Assembly (NCBI GenBank): GCA_977017645.1
Contig: OZ360253.1
Coordinates: 34,968,001-35,032,000 of the forward strand
Length of the DNA stretch: 64,000 bases
Direction: 5' to 3'
Source: Torpedo marmorata
Lineage: Eukaryota
In this document: piece by piece, positions 49,884 through 62,625 of the stretch
Layout of the letters: every line of letters starts with the position of its first letter
Numbering within the stretch: position 1 is the first letter of the stretch
Position numbers and translations under genes: made by a program
Notes under the pieces: generated by a model
The model's input: the letters and a program-made list of their open reading frames with translations, nothing else
Told to the model about the DNA's origin: nothing
Database searches by the model: none

Positions 49884-51303
49884 CAGGATAAAGAACTGCT
49901 TTATTGATCCTACGGTTTTTGTCTAGATTAGCATACCTGCAGGTCACCCACACACTGACCAATGGTTGAGGAACACATCACTGCCTGAAATGAATCCTCT
50001 GCAGATTTGAACACTTGCCTGACGTGATTTGAATTTGCTTCTCTAATTTACCTTTTTCCTTCCACTTCCTGTCAATCTAAATAGTTACTTCATTGCTGCC
50101 TCTTCCTGTGGAAATCCCACATTTCTCCCAGATAATATTTTGAAATTCAGAATCAGCCCGGCTCTCCACTGAACTGCTTCCAAAGTCAGAGCATCACAGC
50201 TTGGGCACTGGACTTGTTTCTCAATGTGGTTTTAAATTTCTGGACAGAAACTATCAGAGGCAGGAAGGCAGCCTAACATTGAAGCAGGTGATTTTTACCA
50301 CTATTGGCATTCAAAGGTAATGGGAGACCTTTTATCACCCCCCCAATGAGAACAAATTTGCATTTATGTCTTCAATGTGCCTTGTGACTAATGCACTGGT
50401 TTTGAACTTGTGCTACTTAAACACTAATACAACAACACTAAAAGTTCACAAAACAGATTGGTGAGGAATGAACATTGGCCAGGAAATTACAATGTCATTC
50501 TTCAGATAGTGCCTCAAGGTTTTACATTTACTTTGACATGCAGACAGGACTTTGTTTCAGCTCTCATTTGCAAGGTGACTCAGTGTTGCACCCAAACATT
50601 TACCCAGGTTATATCACCAAATCCTTGAGTAAAGTGGCAGTGATGGGGGAAGGGGCTGCAGGATCAAAACATATACGCCAGTGTATAAGACGAGGCATGA
50701 AACTTAAAAGTGTCACCCCAAAACCAGGGGTCGCCTGATACGGGAAGTATAAAATCCGAACCTTGACAGCGAAGTCTCAGCGCTCCCCTTGGCAAGTATA
50801 CAACACGAACCTTAACAGCGAAGTCTCAGGGCTCCCCCGCGAGGTCCATCCGCCCAGTCCGACTGCCGTCAGCTCTGTACAGGCTTTAAACGGCCAGTTA
50901 AAGGAGCCGACGGTGGTTTATTTTAAAAGATGCTAATAAAATTTAAACCTTTTCTGGGTAATTCGCTTTAAAAATATTGTGACAACATCACTCCAACTGG
51001 TCAGCGGTAAGTGCTAGACTTGGGGTAGTCTTATACAGTGAGTGTAGCTCAAAACCAACATTGTAAGTGGAAATTATGGGGATTGTCTTATACGCCGGCA
51101 TATACGGTAGATTATCAAGACTGGATAAAAACTGCGATCACATTGAAGACTGACAGTTTAAAATTAATCGTACCTTCTAATCAGTTTTACAATCTCATCA
51201 ACATAGCTTTGGATAAAGGAGAGTGTCACTGATCCATATGGATTAGAAACAGATACAACCCAGCAGAAATATGCAGGGTGAGCATTCAATCAGCTTTCCC
51301 TAC

Positions 51304-51558
51304 CTGCAGGTCAGTATTTTGTTCTTTATTCCCGAGGGCAAACTGACAATCCTGTGGAAACACTGAGAGAAAGGTCTGGTGATTGTCGGTTGGTAAAACC
51401 CAGGAGCCATTCCCTTGCAAAGCCAGCAGACCTGGAGGCGCATCTGCATTCCCGGTGAGCTCCAGGACAGAGTCCTTGATGTGGCTGATGATTTGGTGAT
51501 TTTCCTCCAAAAGCTGCTCCAACTGCTCAATGCGATTTTGCAGCACCGAGATCTGATT
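51304..51558 (-). CDS. MAN2A2: MAN2A2 exon 2 (stem region)
   Basis: [35 protein letters not shown]...[16 protein letters not shown], 255 nt, GTGTAG| acceptor, CAG|GTAGG donor. Confidence 0.96.
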
Positions 51559-52794
51559 CTACACGGGCGAAACAGAGGAGAACGTTGGGGAATGTTACAT
51601 TGTGATTTTGCAGCACCGAGATCTGATTCTACACGGGCGAAACAGAGGAGAACGTTGGGGAATGTTACATTGTGATTTTGCAGCACCGAGATCTGATTCT
51701 ACACGGGCGAAACAGAGGAGAACGTTGGGGAATGTTACATTGTGATTTTGCAGCACCGAGATCTGATTCTACACGGGCGAAACAGAGGAGAACGTTGGGG
51801 AATGTTACATTGTGATTTTGCAGCACCGAGATCTGATTCTACATGGGCGAAACAGAGGAGAACGTTGGGGAATGTTACATTGTGATTTTGCAGCACCGAG
51901 ATCTGATTCTACACGGGCGAAACAGAGGAGAACGTTGGGGAATGTTACATTGTGATTTTGCAGCACCGAGATCTGATTCTACATGGGCGAAACAGAGGAG
52001 AACGTTGGGGAATGTTACATTGTGATTTTGCAGCACCGAGATCTGATTCTACACGGGCGAAACAGAGGAGAACGTTGGGGAATGTTACATTGTGATTTTG
52101 CAGCACCGAGATCTGATTCTACACGGGCGAAACAGAGGAGAACGTTGGGGAATGTTACATTGTGATTTTGCAGCACCGAGATCTGATTCTACACGGGCGA
52201 AACAGAGGAGAACGTTGGGGAATGTTACATTGTGATTTTGCAGCACCGAGATCTGATTCTACACGGGCGAAACAGAGGAGAACGTTGGGGAATGTTACAT
52301 TGTGATTTTGCAGCACCGAGATCTGATTCTACACGGGCGAAACAAAGGAGAACGTTGGGGAATGTTACATTGTGATTTTGCAGCACCGAGATCTGATTCT
52401 ACATGGGCGAAACAGAGGAGAACGTTGGGGAATGTTACATTGTGATTTTGCAGCACCGAGATCTGATTCTACACGGGCGAAACAGAGGAGAACGTTGGGG
52501 AATGTTACATTGTGATTTTGCAGCACCGAGATTTGATTCTACACGGGCGAAACAGAGGAGAACGTTGGGGAATGTTACATTGTGATTTTGCAGCACCGAG
52601 ATCTGATTCTACACGGGCGAAACAGAGGAGAACGTTGGGTAATGTTACATTGTGATTTTGCAGCACCGAGATTTGATTCTACACGGGCGAAACAGAGGAG
52701 AACGTTGGGGAATGTTACATTGTGATTTTGCAGCACTGAGATCTGATTCTACACGGGCGAAACAGAGGAGAACGTTGGGGAATGTTACATTGTG
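51531..52794. repeat. 70-bp tandem repeat, 18 near-identical copies, overlapping the intron 1/exon 2 junction
   Basis: Unit tgtgattttgcagcaccgagatctgattctacacgggcgaaacagaggagaacgttggggaatgttacat; period exactly 70 bp; a few single-base variants. Confidence 0.99.
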
Positions 52795-53235
52795 CATCCA
52801 GAATTCAGCAAATTTTACTGTTTTAATTTGCTGTCTTCAGAATAGACGAAAAGATATATTGTACACTTGTCCAACATATCCTCAAAAGCTTTCAACAATC
52901 ACTTCTTCTAGACGTCAAGGACCTGCTTAAAGTAATGTGAAGGTCACAGACCCACGGTGCACTTCCAGATGTACAACATTTTCTGGCAAGGAATACAGAA
53001 CTCTACACAAGTCAATCCATACATGATCAAATTACTGTACTAAACTATAAGAGCATATGCACTATCATTTAACACGCATTTCATTCTCAATAAGATGATA
53101 CTGCAGTTAAAGTGCAACAAGCCAATCATATATTCCCATTTCTGATCTGGCACCTGAAATTTACAAGGATAACAAAAAAAATCTTCAATCTGAGACTATT
53201 TACTTGACACTAATTAGGTGTTATACACTTTATGT

Positions 53236-53412
53236 CAGGGGTGGCCAACCTTTAAATTTTTAATTTAGACATACAGCACGGTAACAGGCCATTTCGGCCC
53301 ACAAGTACGTACCGGGGGTGTAGGTTAATTGGGCGGCACGGACTCGTGGGCTGAAATGGCCTGTTACCATGCTGTATGTCTAAATTAAAAATTAAAAGGT
53401 TGGCCACCCCTG
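53236..53412. mobile_element. hAT MITE with a perfect 8-bp TSD and a SINE-derived palindromic interior
   Basis: TIR CAGGGGTGGCCAACCTTT; TSD ctttatgt at 53228-53235 and 53413-53420. Confidence 0.9.
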
Positions 53413-54639
53413 CTTTATGTGAACACTGACATCCTGAAAAATCCAAACTCACAAACCCCCATTCCCTCCATTACCATTCCAACACCAACTCCAGCTCAAT
53501 GAAGAAATAGAGTTTGTCCTTCTTCCTTCCCATCCCCTCTTGATTTCATGAACTCAGCAAGGCTCCCAAATTTAGCTTCCTCATCCTTATCAATGGTTAG
53601 CACAGTGTTCAATTCTGGGCACATTATTCTGAGAAGGATGTGAAGGCATGGGGCAGTCCAGAAGAGATTCACAAGAATTATTCTAAAAATGAAGGACTTC
53701 AGTTACATGGATTGACTGGGGAAGCGATGGGTGGGAGTGGGAGGATATGGGGGGATATCCTTAGAGCAGGCAGTGATGATGGACAGTTGAAAGTAATATC
53801 CAAAATCTAGGAAAGGCCCCCCTCAGGGTAAATAAAAATGATGTCATGGGCAGAAGAATTGAGAACCAGATGATTAAGACAGGAGATTGGCATTGGAACC
53901 AAATGAGAAAAGGCCTTTTCTTTAATGCAGCAAGTTGTTGTGTTTTAGAACTCATTGCCTCAAGGATGCTGGAAGCATTTTTAATCACAACCTTCACAAA
54001 GGTATTGGATAAATAGTGCAGAGCTGAATGTGAAGAGCCAGAGTATGGGGCCAATTGGATTGGTCTTACAAAGAGAAGCACAAGATCAATGAACCAAAAA
54101 TAATCTTCTCATATTCTCTAACAACTTGAAAAAAATCAAGGCACTCATCTTCTAAAGACATTTTTTCTCTCTCAAAACATATTGTTACATTAATATAATA
54201 AGAGACATCCTGAACAACAGGAATGGGACGGGTGAAAGAAAACCTGTCTTGGAGTTTAAACATCCTCTTCCTTTGGGCTGGGAAGGAGGTGATGATAGGC
54301 ATGAGAAGAGAATAATACATTATGCCAGGATCGGCTGGGTTTTTTAAAATTTGTGTTTATGCATCAGCAGAAAGTAAACTCGATGGCTCATGTTTAGCAA
54401 CTAACCTGACACAAGGCTATTCATATCCTGATCAGTATCCTCTTCCCATCCTTCCCTCATACCTGCTGTGTTCTAGGTGATTTACACGCTTCTTTCATTC
54501 TTTCTTAGTGGTTGCAAACCCTGCCTCACCACCTTGGGTCTGCCCACCCACTTATTCCCCACTTCTTTAGTAATAGCATCTTATGTCATGTCCTTGCATC
54601 TTCCACTTTAGCTGATCAGATAACTCTCACACATTGGTT

Positions 54640-55130
54640 AGATAGCACTTGCAGTATTGTGTTCCATTCTGGTCGCCACATGACTGGAAAGATGTGGCAG
54701 CATTAGAAGGAGTGCAGAAGAGATTCATCAAAATATTGCCTGGAATGCAGGGTGTTGGTTACAAGGAGAGATTGTTTTTACTGCAGCACAGTAGTTTGAG
54801 GAGTGACCTACAGAGATTTATAAGATTATGAGGGGCATAGATGAGGTAGACATCACCAAAGTTCTTTTCCTAGGATGGGTAAGACTAAAATTAGAGTGCA
54901 TAGATTTGAGAAGTGAAAGAAAAATGAGATCTGAGGGACAAGTTTTTGCCCACACAGGGTGTGGTTATATGAGATGTTAAAGGCAGATACAATTATAACA
55001 TTTAAAATGCATTTGGACAGGTACTTGGATAGCAAAAGAGGCTTACACACCTAATGCAGGCAAATAAGATCAGCGTAGATAGACATCATGAGGCTGGAGG
55101 GCCTTCTTCTCTGCTGAACAGCTCTATGAC
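54640..55130 (+). mobile_element. Decayed CR1 3' fragment
   Basis: QYCVPFWSPH...QKRFIKILPG; further CR1 pieces at about 23620-24120, 28425-28675, 33300-33570 and 58175-58500. Confidence 0.8.
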
Positions 55131-55967
55131 TATTTGAAAGTTACATAGAAAAGGAGGGCTGAATAATGAAACTTGGTACTACATCATGTACACAATAAAA
55201 CATCGGACGCACAGGTCACTGAATTGGCTACTACAGAAATAACAAAGGTCAAATGAACTTCTCTGGAAAGAACCCTAATTTATTTTGCATATCCGGCAAC
55301 TGTTCATCCCGTTGTATCCGTGCAAGCCAAAAATTGCATATTCCAATTAATTTTGCTTCCCAGCTATTGACCCGTTGATTGTAAACTATGGTTCTGCAAG
55401 AGAAAATCTGACAAATGTGCGAGGCGGTAGGTTAATTTGCCATCTATCATAAATTGCCCTGTGTGTGTAGGTGAGTGGGTGAATCTCAGGTGAGTTGATG
55501 GGAATGTGGTGGGAATAAATAATGGGATTAATGTAGGATTTGGCAGTGAGTTTCAGAGCCCCACTATTTATTAAGAAACAATTTCTGTTGCAATCTTTCT
55601 CTCATCAATCCACCCTTAATTACTGTCCTATCTGCGAGGGAAATAGGATCTTGCTGCACAAACTGTCTAGTTATGTCATAATTAAATGATATATCAGATA
55701 GAGACGAGTTTCAGTCTGATGGTCTGCTGCTCCAAACTGTCACTAGTCCACTGGGCAACACAAGCGGCAGGAGGCCCATTAATTTGCCAAATCAGAAATA
55801 AATATTTACTTTTGTGATTGCATATAAAACTCCAACTGAGTTTATCCAATGACAAAAACTGTCTGTGAGAAGAGACTAACAGAGGATGAAGTCTATTACA
55901 AGAATAAATAAATTCACAATGTAGAGGACAAGGATAATCAAGTGCTCAACTTGAATAATACTGGGCA

Positions 55968-56249
55968 AAAGTATAATCACAACGCTGGAGAAACTCAGCA
56001 GGTCACACAGTGTACTTAATACAGCAAAGATAAAGATACATAACCAGTGTTTTGGGCTTGAGCCCTTCAAGGTATGAGCAAGATGTTGGCAGGCGCCCAC
56101 TCATACCTTCATGAAGGGCTCAAGCACGAAATGTTGGTGATGTATCTTTATCTTTGCTGTATATAGTACACTGTTTGACCTGCTGTGTTTCTCCAGCGTT
56201 GTGTTTTCACTTCAATCACTGTGTCTGCAGACTTTTGTGTTTTACTCCT
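55968..56249. mobile_element. Fold-back Penelope-tail element with a 13-bp TSD
   Basis: TSD ataatactgggca (55955-55967 / 56250-56262); inverted arms. Confidence 0.87.
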
Positions 56250-59089
56250 ATAATACTGGGCACCAGTGTAAAAACTCAGCTAAACTGAACGGGTGACAAA
56301 GATGCAGATCCATTCCTCACAAGCTTCAAAGTGCAAAGTGGGGGCAACACGCTCTTGCACCATCCCCCTAACTGTTTACCAATGCAGTAAGTCATCTTAA
56401 ATTCTGTCATTTAATCCATGACAGGAGAGCAACTAGTGATTGTGAAATAATTCTTCAGAAGGGGAGGGGTGGTGTAAAAGCTGCCCGGGAGAAGGTGATA
56501 GGCAGAAAACAGAGATTAATTATCCATTATTATAGTGCAATCAATATCAGCAGATGCATTAGACGCAATGCAAATAACATATTTGATAAAAATGCATGAT
56601 AAATGGTTCAAGAAACACATAACATTTATTATTGTATACCAGACAGTTGATCCATTTGTTAATAATTGTGCTGCTGCTCTATCAGGGGACACACACATTT
56701 GTCAATGGAATGTGCTTTGTCCTCTGCATTACTTGTTTCCTTACAGGTACATGATTAATGCCTCAAATAATGCAGAATTGAGCCACATTCAGTTGCATCC
56801 TTGGGCTGTTGAGTATCACAGAGAGATATATAATGACTGAAAGTGCTCAAGGTGAAGGGGAGAGGGAATCAATGTCCCTGCAAGCATTAACAATCCTGCT
56901 GGGAAAAATATAGAGCGGTGACATTCAGGTAAATTACCAGCTATGTTTAAATAGATCCAAACCCCACAAAAGAAAAGTATTTGCATCAAATCAAGTGCAC
57001 TTACCGGTAATTATTAATTATCTTAACAGAAAAAAATGACAGGAAAAATAAAGTTAGCAAAAGTTTATTTCTTTTACCACAAAATTAATCAAAATGTACT
57101 TTAACTTATTTATATTAGGATTGCTTTTTATCTCTGGATTTGCTTTTTATTTGTCAATTTTCAGGATGTTGGCATTCACTGGAAACACCTTCAAATTAAT
57201 TTACATTTTGCACTATCTTTTGTCTTTTAAACTGCTTATTCTTAATGCTGGTGTATTAGTTAGGCATTGTAAGAGTGAGTTTCAAGCAACTGGAAAATTT
57301 GCATATCCGTCATCTACTAATCTCCGTAAATGCCGGATACCAGGGGTTTTACTGTATATTTGAAAGTCAGGATGTCATTGACTTGGAAGAATAGCTGCTG
57401 ATTTTCCCATGTTCTTTGTCATTATGCATCATGATATGGAAGTCACAGGTTTGGGAGGTGCTCTCTGAGTAGCCTAGGTGAGTAACCTCCAACGCATTTT
57501 ATAAATGTCACACCCAACAGCTAATGGTAAAGGGGGAGAAATTAAGTTTAGGGTGGTGAATGGGATGTCAATCAAAAGGGCTGATTTGTCCTGGATTGTG
57601 CTGAGCTCTTTGTGTGTTGTTATCCAAAAGATTCCATCTCACTCCTGACTTGTGCCTTGCAGATGGTGCTAAGTGTATGGGAGGGAAGTCACTCCACATA
57701 CTTGTAGCTATAGCATGCAAGCAGCTGTATCGAGTCAACGGTGACCCCCTACCTGCACATCCCTCTCCAGGATGTTGATAACAGGCACCCTTCACTGGCA
57801 ATGCCTCTGAATGTCAAGGGTTGGTTCGAACCTTTGTTGTTGAAGGTCATTTTGTAGCTTGAATGTTACTTGTCTTTTATCAGCCTGTGTCCAAACATTA
57901 TCTAGCTCTTGCTATTCAGAATTTCCTTCTTAATTTGCTGTCGAGGTTACAGATGGAATTGTGCATTGTTCAATTGTCAGAAGACATCCCGACTTCCAAA
58001 CTTACGAGGAAGATTGTGTCCTTTGTTGTGTGCTAATAAGAAACTGTGACAACTGATTCTCATTGGAAATGCAAGTAGGTGACTTACACAAAATATTAAC
58101 ATTAATCTTCTAATATTGCATTAAATATTTTGCATTTCAAATACAAACACATTCATTCGTCCATTGGGGATTCTGGATTATGAGAGGCATAGATAAAGTG
58201 GACACTTTTTCCCTGGGACGACAGTAGCAAATACCAGAGGACATGTGTGTAAGGTGAGGGAAGATTAGGGGAGACGTCAGGGGTAAGTTTTTTTTTTATA
58301 CACAGAGTAGTGGGTGCCTGGAATGCATTTCCAGGGGTGGAGGCTGGGACAATTGGGGCGTTAAAAGACTCTCAGACATGCACATGGATGCAAAAAAATA
58401 GGGAATAGGTAGGGAAGGTTTAGATTGTTGAGGTTCATACAGGTTGGCACAACATCGTGGGTCGAAGGGCCTGTACTGTGCTGCAATGTTCTATGCTCTA
58501 AGAATACCAAAGATCATCAAGTCTATCGTGCTCAATGATTTGAACGTTCTCTGACGACTCACACCCTTTCATTGCAATGGTCTAGATTTTTTCTTATGTT
58601 TTTATTAACACAACTTAATCTTCTTGCATCATCTTTTCAAGCAGATCTTCTAGCTTATTACGGCTCATTGTGAGGTGTTTTGTTTGCTATTTAATAAGCA
58701 GCTTAAAACGGTGAAAGCACTGACAGCAGAGGTACAAGGTTCAGGTCCCTGTTTGGCTATGGTTGGGTGTTGCACCCTGGTTAATCAGGTTCAAAACTAG
58801 GTGCCTGGGGCCTAGTGTCAGGTCACAAAAGGCATCAGCGGTGGAAATGGTCGACAGGACTGGGGTGACCTGATGGTGGAAGATGCCCAGATGTTGCTGG
58901 GTGCCCAAGGATACGGGGTGATGCTGGGTGCTGGGGATACAGGGTGATGCTGGGGTTTACGGGGTGATGCTGAGTGCCAGGGACACAGGGTGATGCTGAG
59001 TGCCAGGGATACAGGGTGATGCTGTGTGCCGTGGATACGGGGTGTTGCTGGGTGCCGGGGTGATGTTGTGAGCTGGGGTGATGCTGGGT

Positions 59090-59393
59090 GGTCACTATCC
59101 TGGAGGATCTTTCCTGGACCCAACATACCAATGGCATCGTGAAGAAAGCACGTCAGCGCCTCTACTTCCTCAGGAGTTTGCGGAGGTTTGGTATGACAAC
59201 GGAAACCCTGGCAAATTTCTACAGATGTGTGGTGGAAAGTATGCTGACCAGCTGCATCACGGTCTGGTATGGGAACACCAATACCCCTGAGCGTAAAGCC
59301 CTGCAAACGGTAGTGGACACAGCCCAGGATATTACTGGCAAAATCCTCCCCACTATTGAGTACATCTACAGGGAATGCTGCCGTCGGAGAGCA
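59090..59393 (+). mobile_element. Internal Rex1/Babar fragment embedded in the minisatellite
   Basis: EDLSWTQHTNGIVKKARQRLYFLRSLRRFG...CITVWYG. Confidence 0.88.
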
Positions 59394-59394
59394 T

Positions 59395-62300
59395 TGGGTG
59401 CCGGGGTGATGCTGGGTGCCGGGGTAATGCTGGTGTGACGTTGGGTGCCGGGGTGATGTTGGTGTGATGGGGTGATGCTGGGTGATGGGGTGATGCTGGG
59501 TGATGGGGTGATGTTGGGTGATGTTGGGTGATGGGGTGACGCTGGGTGATGGGGTGACGCTGGGTGATGGGGTGACGCTGGGTGATGGGGTGATGTTGGG
59601 TGATGGGGTGATGCTGGGTGATGGGGTGATGCTGGGTGATGGGGTGACGCTGGGTGATGGGGTGACGCTGGGTGATGGGGTGATGTTGGGTGATGTTGGG
59701 TGATGGGGTGATGCTGGGTGATGGGGTGACGCTGGGTGATGGGGTGATGTTGGGTGATGGGGTGATGTTGGGTGATGCTGGGTGATGGGGTGACGCTGGG
59801 TGATGGGGTGACGCTGGGTGCCGGGGTGATGCTGGGTGACGCTGGGTGATGGGGTGACGTTGGGTGATGGGGTGATGCTGGGTGATGGGGTGATGTTGGG
59901 TGATGTTGGGTGATGGGGTGAAGTTGGGTGATGGGGTGACGTTGGGTGATGGGGTGACGTTGGGTGATGGGGTGACGTTGGGTGATGGGGTGACGTTGGG
60001 TGATGGGGTGACGTTGGGTGATGGGGTGACGTTGGGTGATGGGGTGACGTTGGGTGATGGGGTGACGTTGGGTGATGGGGTGATGCTGGGTGACGCTGGG
60101 TGATGGGGTGATGCTGGGTGATGGGGTGACGCTGGGTGATGGGGTGATGCTGGGTGATGGGGTGATGTGGTGATGCTGGGTGACGGGGTGATGCTGGGTG
60201 AGGGGGTGACGGGGTGATGCTGGGTGATGCTGGGTGACGGGGTGATGTTGGGTGATGGGGTGATGTTGGGTGATGGGGTGATGTTGGATGATGCTGGGTG
60301 ATGGGGTGATGGGGTGATGTTGGGTGATGCTGGGTGATGGGGTGATGCTGGGTGATGGGGTGATGCTGGGTGATGGGGTGATGCTGGGTGACGTTGGGTG
60401 ATGGGGTGATGCTGGGTGATGGGGTGACGCTGGGTGCCGGGGTGATGCTGGGTGATGGGGTGACGCTGGGTGATGGGGTGATGCTGGGTGATGGGGTGAT
60501 GTTGGGTGATGTTGGGTGATGGGGTGATGTTGGGTGATGGGGTGATGCTGGGTGATGGGGTGATGTTGGGTGATGTTGGGTGATGGGGTGATGCTGGGTG
60601 ATGGGGTGATGTTGGGTGATGTTGGGTGATGGGGTGATGTTGGGTGATGGGGTGATGCTGGGTGATGGGGTGATGCTGGGTGATGGGGTGACGTTGGGTG
60701 ATGGGGTGACGTTGGGTGACGGGGTGATGCTGGGTGATGGGGTGACGCTGGGTGATGGGGTGACGTTGGGTGATGGGGTGATGCTGGGTGATGGGGTGAC
60801 GTTGGGTGATGGGGTGACGTTGGGTGATGGGGTGACGTTGGGTGATGGGGTGATGCTGGGTGATGGGGTGACGCTGGGTGATGGGGTGACGCTGGGTGAT
60901 GGGGTGATGCTGGGTGATGCTGGGTGATGGGGTGATGCTGGGTGATGGGGTGATGCTGGGTGATGGGGTGATGCTGGGTGATGGGGTGACGCTGGGTGAT
61001 GGGGTGATGCTGGGTGATGGGGTGACGTTGGGTGATGCTGGGAGACGGGGTGATGCTGGGTGATGGGGTGACGCTGGGTGATGGGGTGACGCTGGGCGAT
61101 GGGGTGATGCTGGGTGATGGGGTGATGCTGGGTGATGGGGTGACGTTGGGTGATGCTGGGAGACGGGGTGATGCTGGGTGATGGGGTGACGCTGGGTGAT
61201 GGGGTGACGCTGGGCGATGGGGTGATGCTGGGTGATGGGGTGATGCTGGGTGATGGGGTGATGTTGGGTGATGGGGTGATGCTGGGTGACGGGGTGATGC
61301 TGGGTGAGGGGGTGACGCTGGGTGACGCTGGGTGATGGGGTGATGCTGGGTGATGGGGTGATGCTGGGTGACGGGGTGATGTTGGGTGATGGGGTGATGC
61401 TGGGTGATGGGGTGATGCTGGGTGATGGGGTGATGCTGGGTGACGGGGTGACGCTGGGTGATGGGGTGATGTTGGGTGATGGGGTGATGCTGGGTGATGG
61501 GGTGACGCTGGGTGATGGGGTGATGCTGGGTGACGGGGTGATGCTGGGTGCCGGCGTGACGCTGGGTGATGGGGTGACGTTGGGTGATGGGGTGACGTTG
61601 GGTGATGGGGTGACGTTGGGTGATGGGGTGATGCTGGGTGATGGGGTGACGTTGGGTGATGGGGTGACGTTGGGTGATGAGGTGACGTTGGGTGATGGGG
61701 TGATGTTGGGTGATGGGGTGACGTTGGGTGATGGGGTGACGTTGGGTGATGGGGTGACGCTGGGTGATGGGGTGACGTTGGGTGATGGGGTGACGTTGGG
61801 TGATGGGGTGACGTTGGGTGATGGGGTGACGCTGGGTGATGGGGTGACGTTGGGTGATGGGGTGATGCTGGGTGATGGGGTGACGTTGGGTGATGGGGTG
61901 ACGTTGGGTGATGGGGTGACGTTGGGTGATGGGGTGATGCTGGGTGACGGGGTGACGCTGGGTGATGGGGTGACGCTGGGTGCCGGGGTGACGTTGGGTG
62001 ATGGGGTGACGTTGGGTGATGGGGTGACGCTGGGTGATGGGGTGACGTTGGGTGATGGGGTGATGCTGGGTGATGGGGTGACGCTGGGTGATGGGGTGAT
62101 GCTGGGTGATGGGGTGACGTTGGGTGATGGGGTGATGCTGGGTGATGGGGTGACGCTGGGTGATGGGGTGACGTTGGGTGATGGGGTGACGCTGGGTGAT
62201 GGGGTGACGCTGGGTGATGGGGTGATGCTGGGTGATGGGGTGACGTTGGGTGATGGGGTGATGCTGGGTGATGGGGTGATGCTGGGTGATGGGGTGACGC

Positions 62301-62625
62301 TGGGTGATGGGGTGATGCTGGGTGATGGGGTGACGTTGGGTGCCGGGGTAACGTTGGGTGATGGGGTGACGTTGGGTGCCGGGGTGACGCTGGGTGATGG
62401 GGTGACGTTGGGTGATGGGGTGACGCTGGGTGACGGGGTGACGTTGGGTGACGTTGGGTGATGGGGTGACGCTGGGTGATGGGGTGACGTTGGGTGATGG
62501 GGTGACGTTGGGTGACGGGGTGACGCTGGGTGATAGGGTGACGTTGGGTGATGGGGTGACGTTGGGTGATGGGGTGACGCTGGGTGACGGGGTGACGCTG
62601 GGTGACGCCGGGGTGATGCTGGGAG
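59395..62625. repeat. G-rich 18-bp minisatellite (gggtgatggggtgaygyt)n with interspersed 10-bp half units
   Basis: Directly visible; a degenerate extension lies at about 58860-59092. Confidence 0.99.

Noticed and set aside
51531-52794. CRISPR-like array
   Set aside because: The units are contiguous and near-identical with no unique spacers, there are no cas genes, and the context is eukaryotic.
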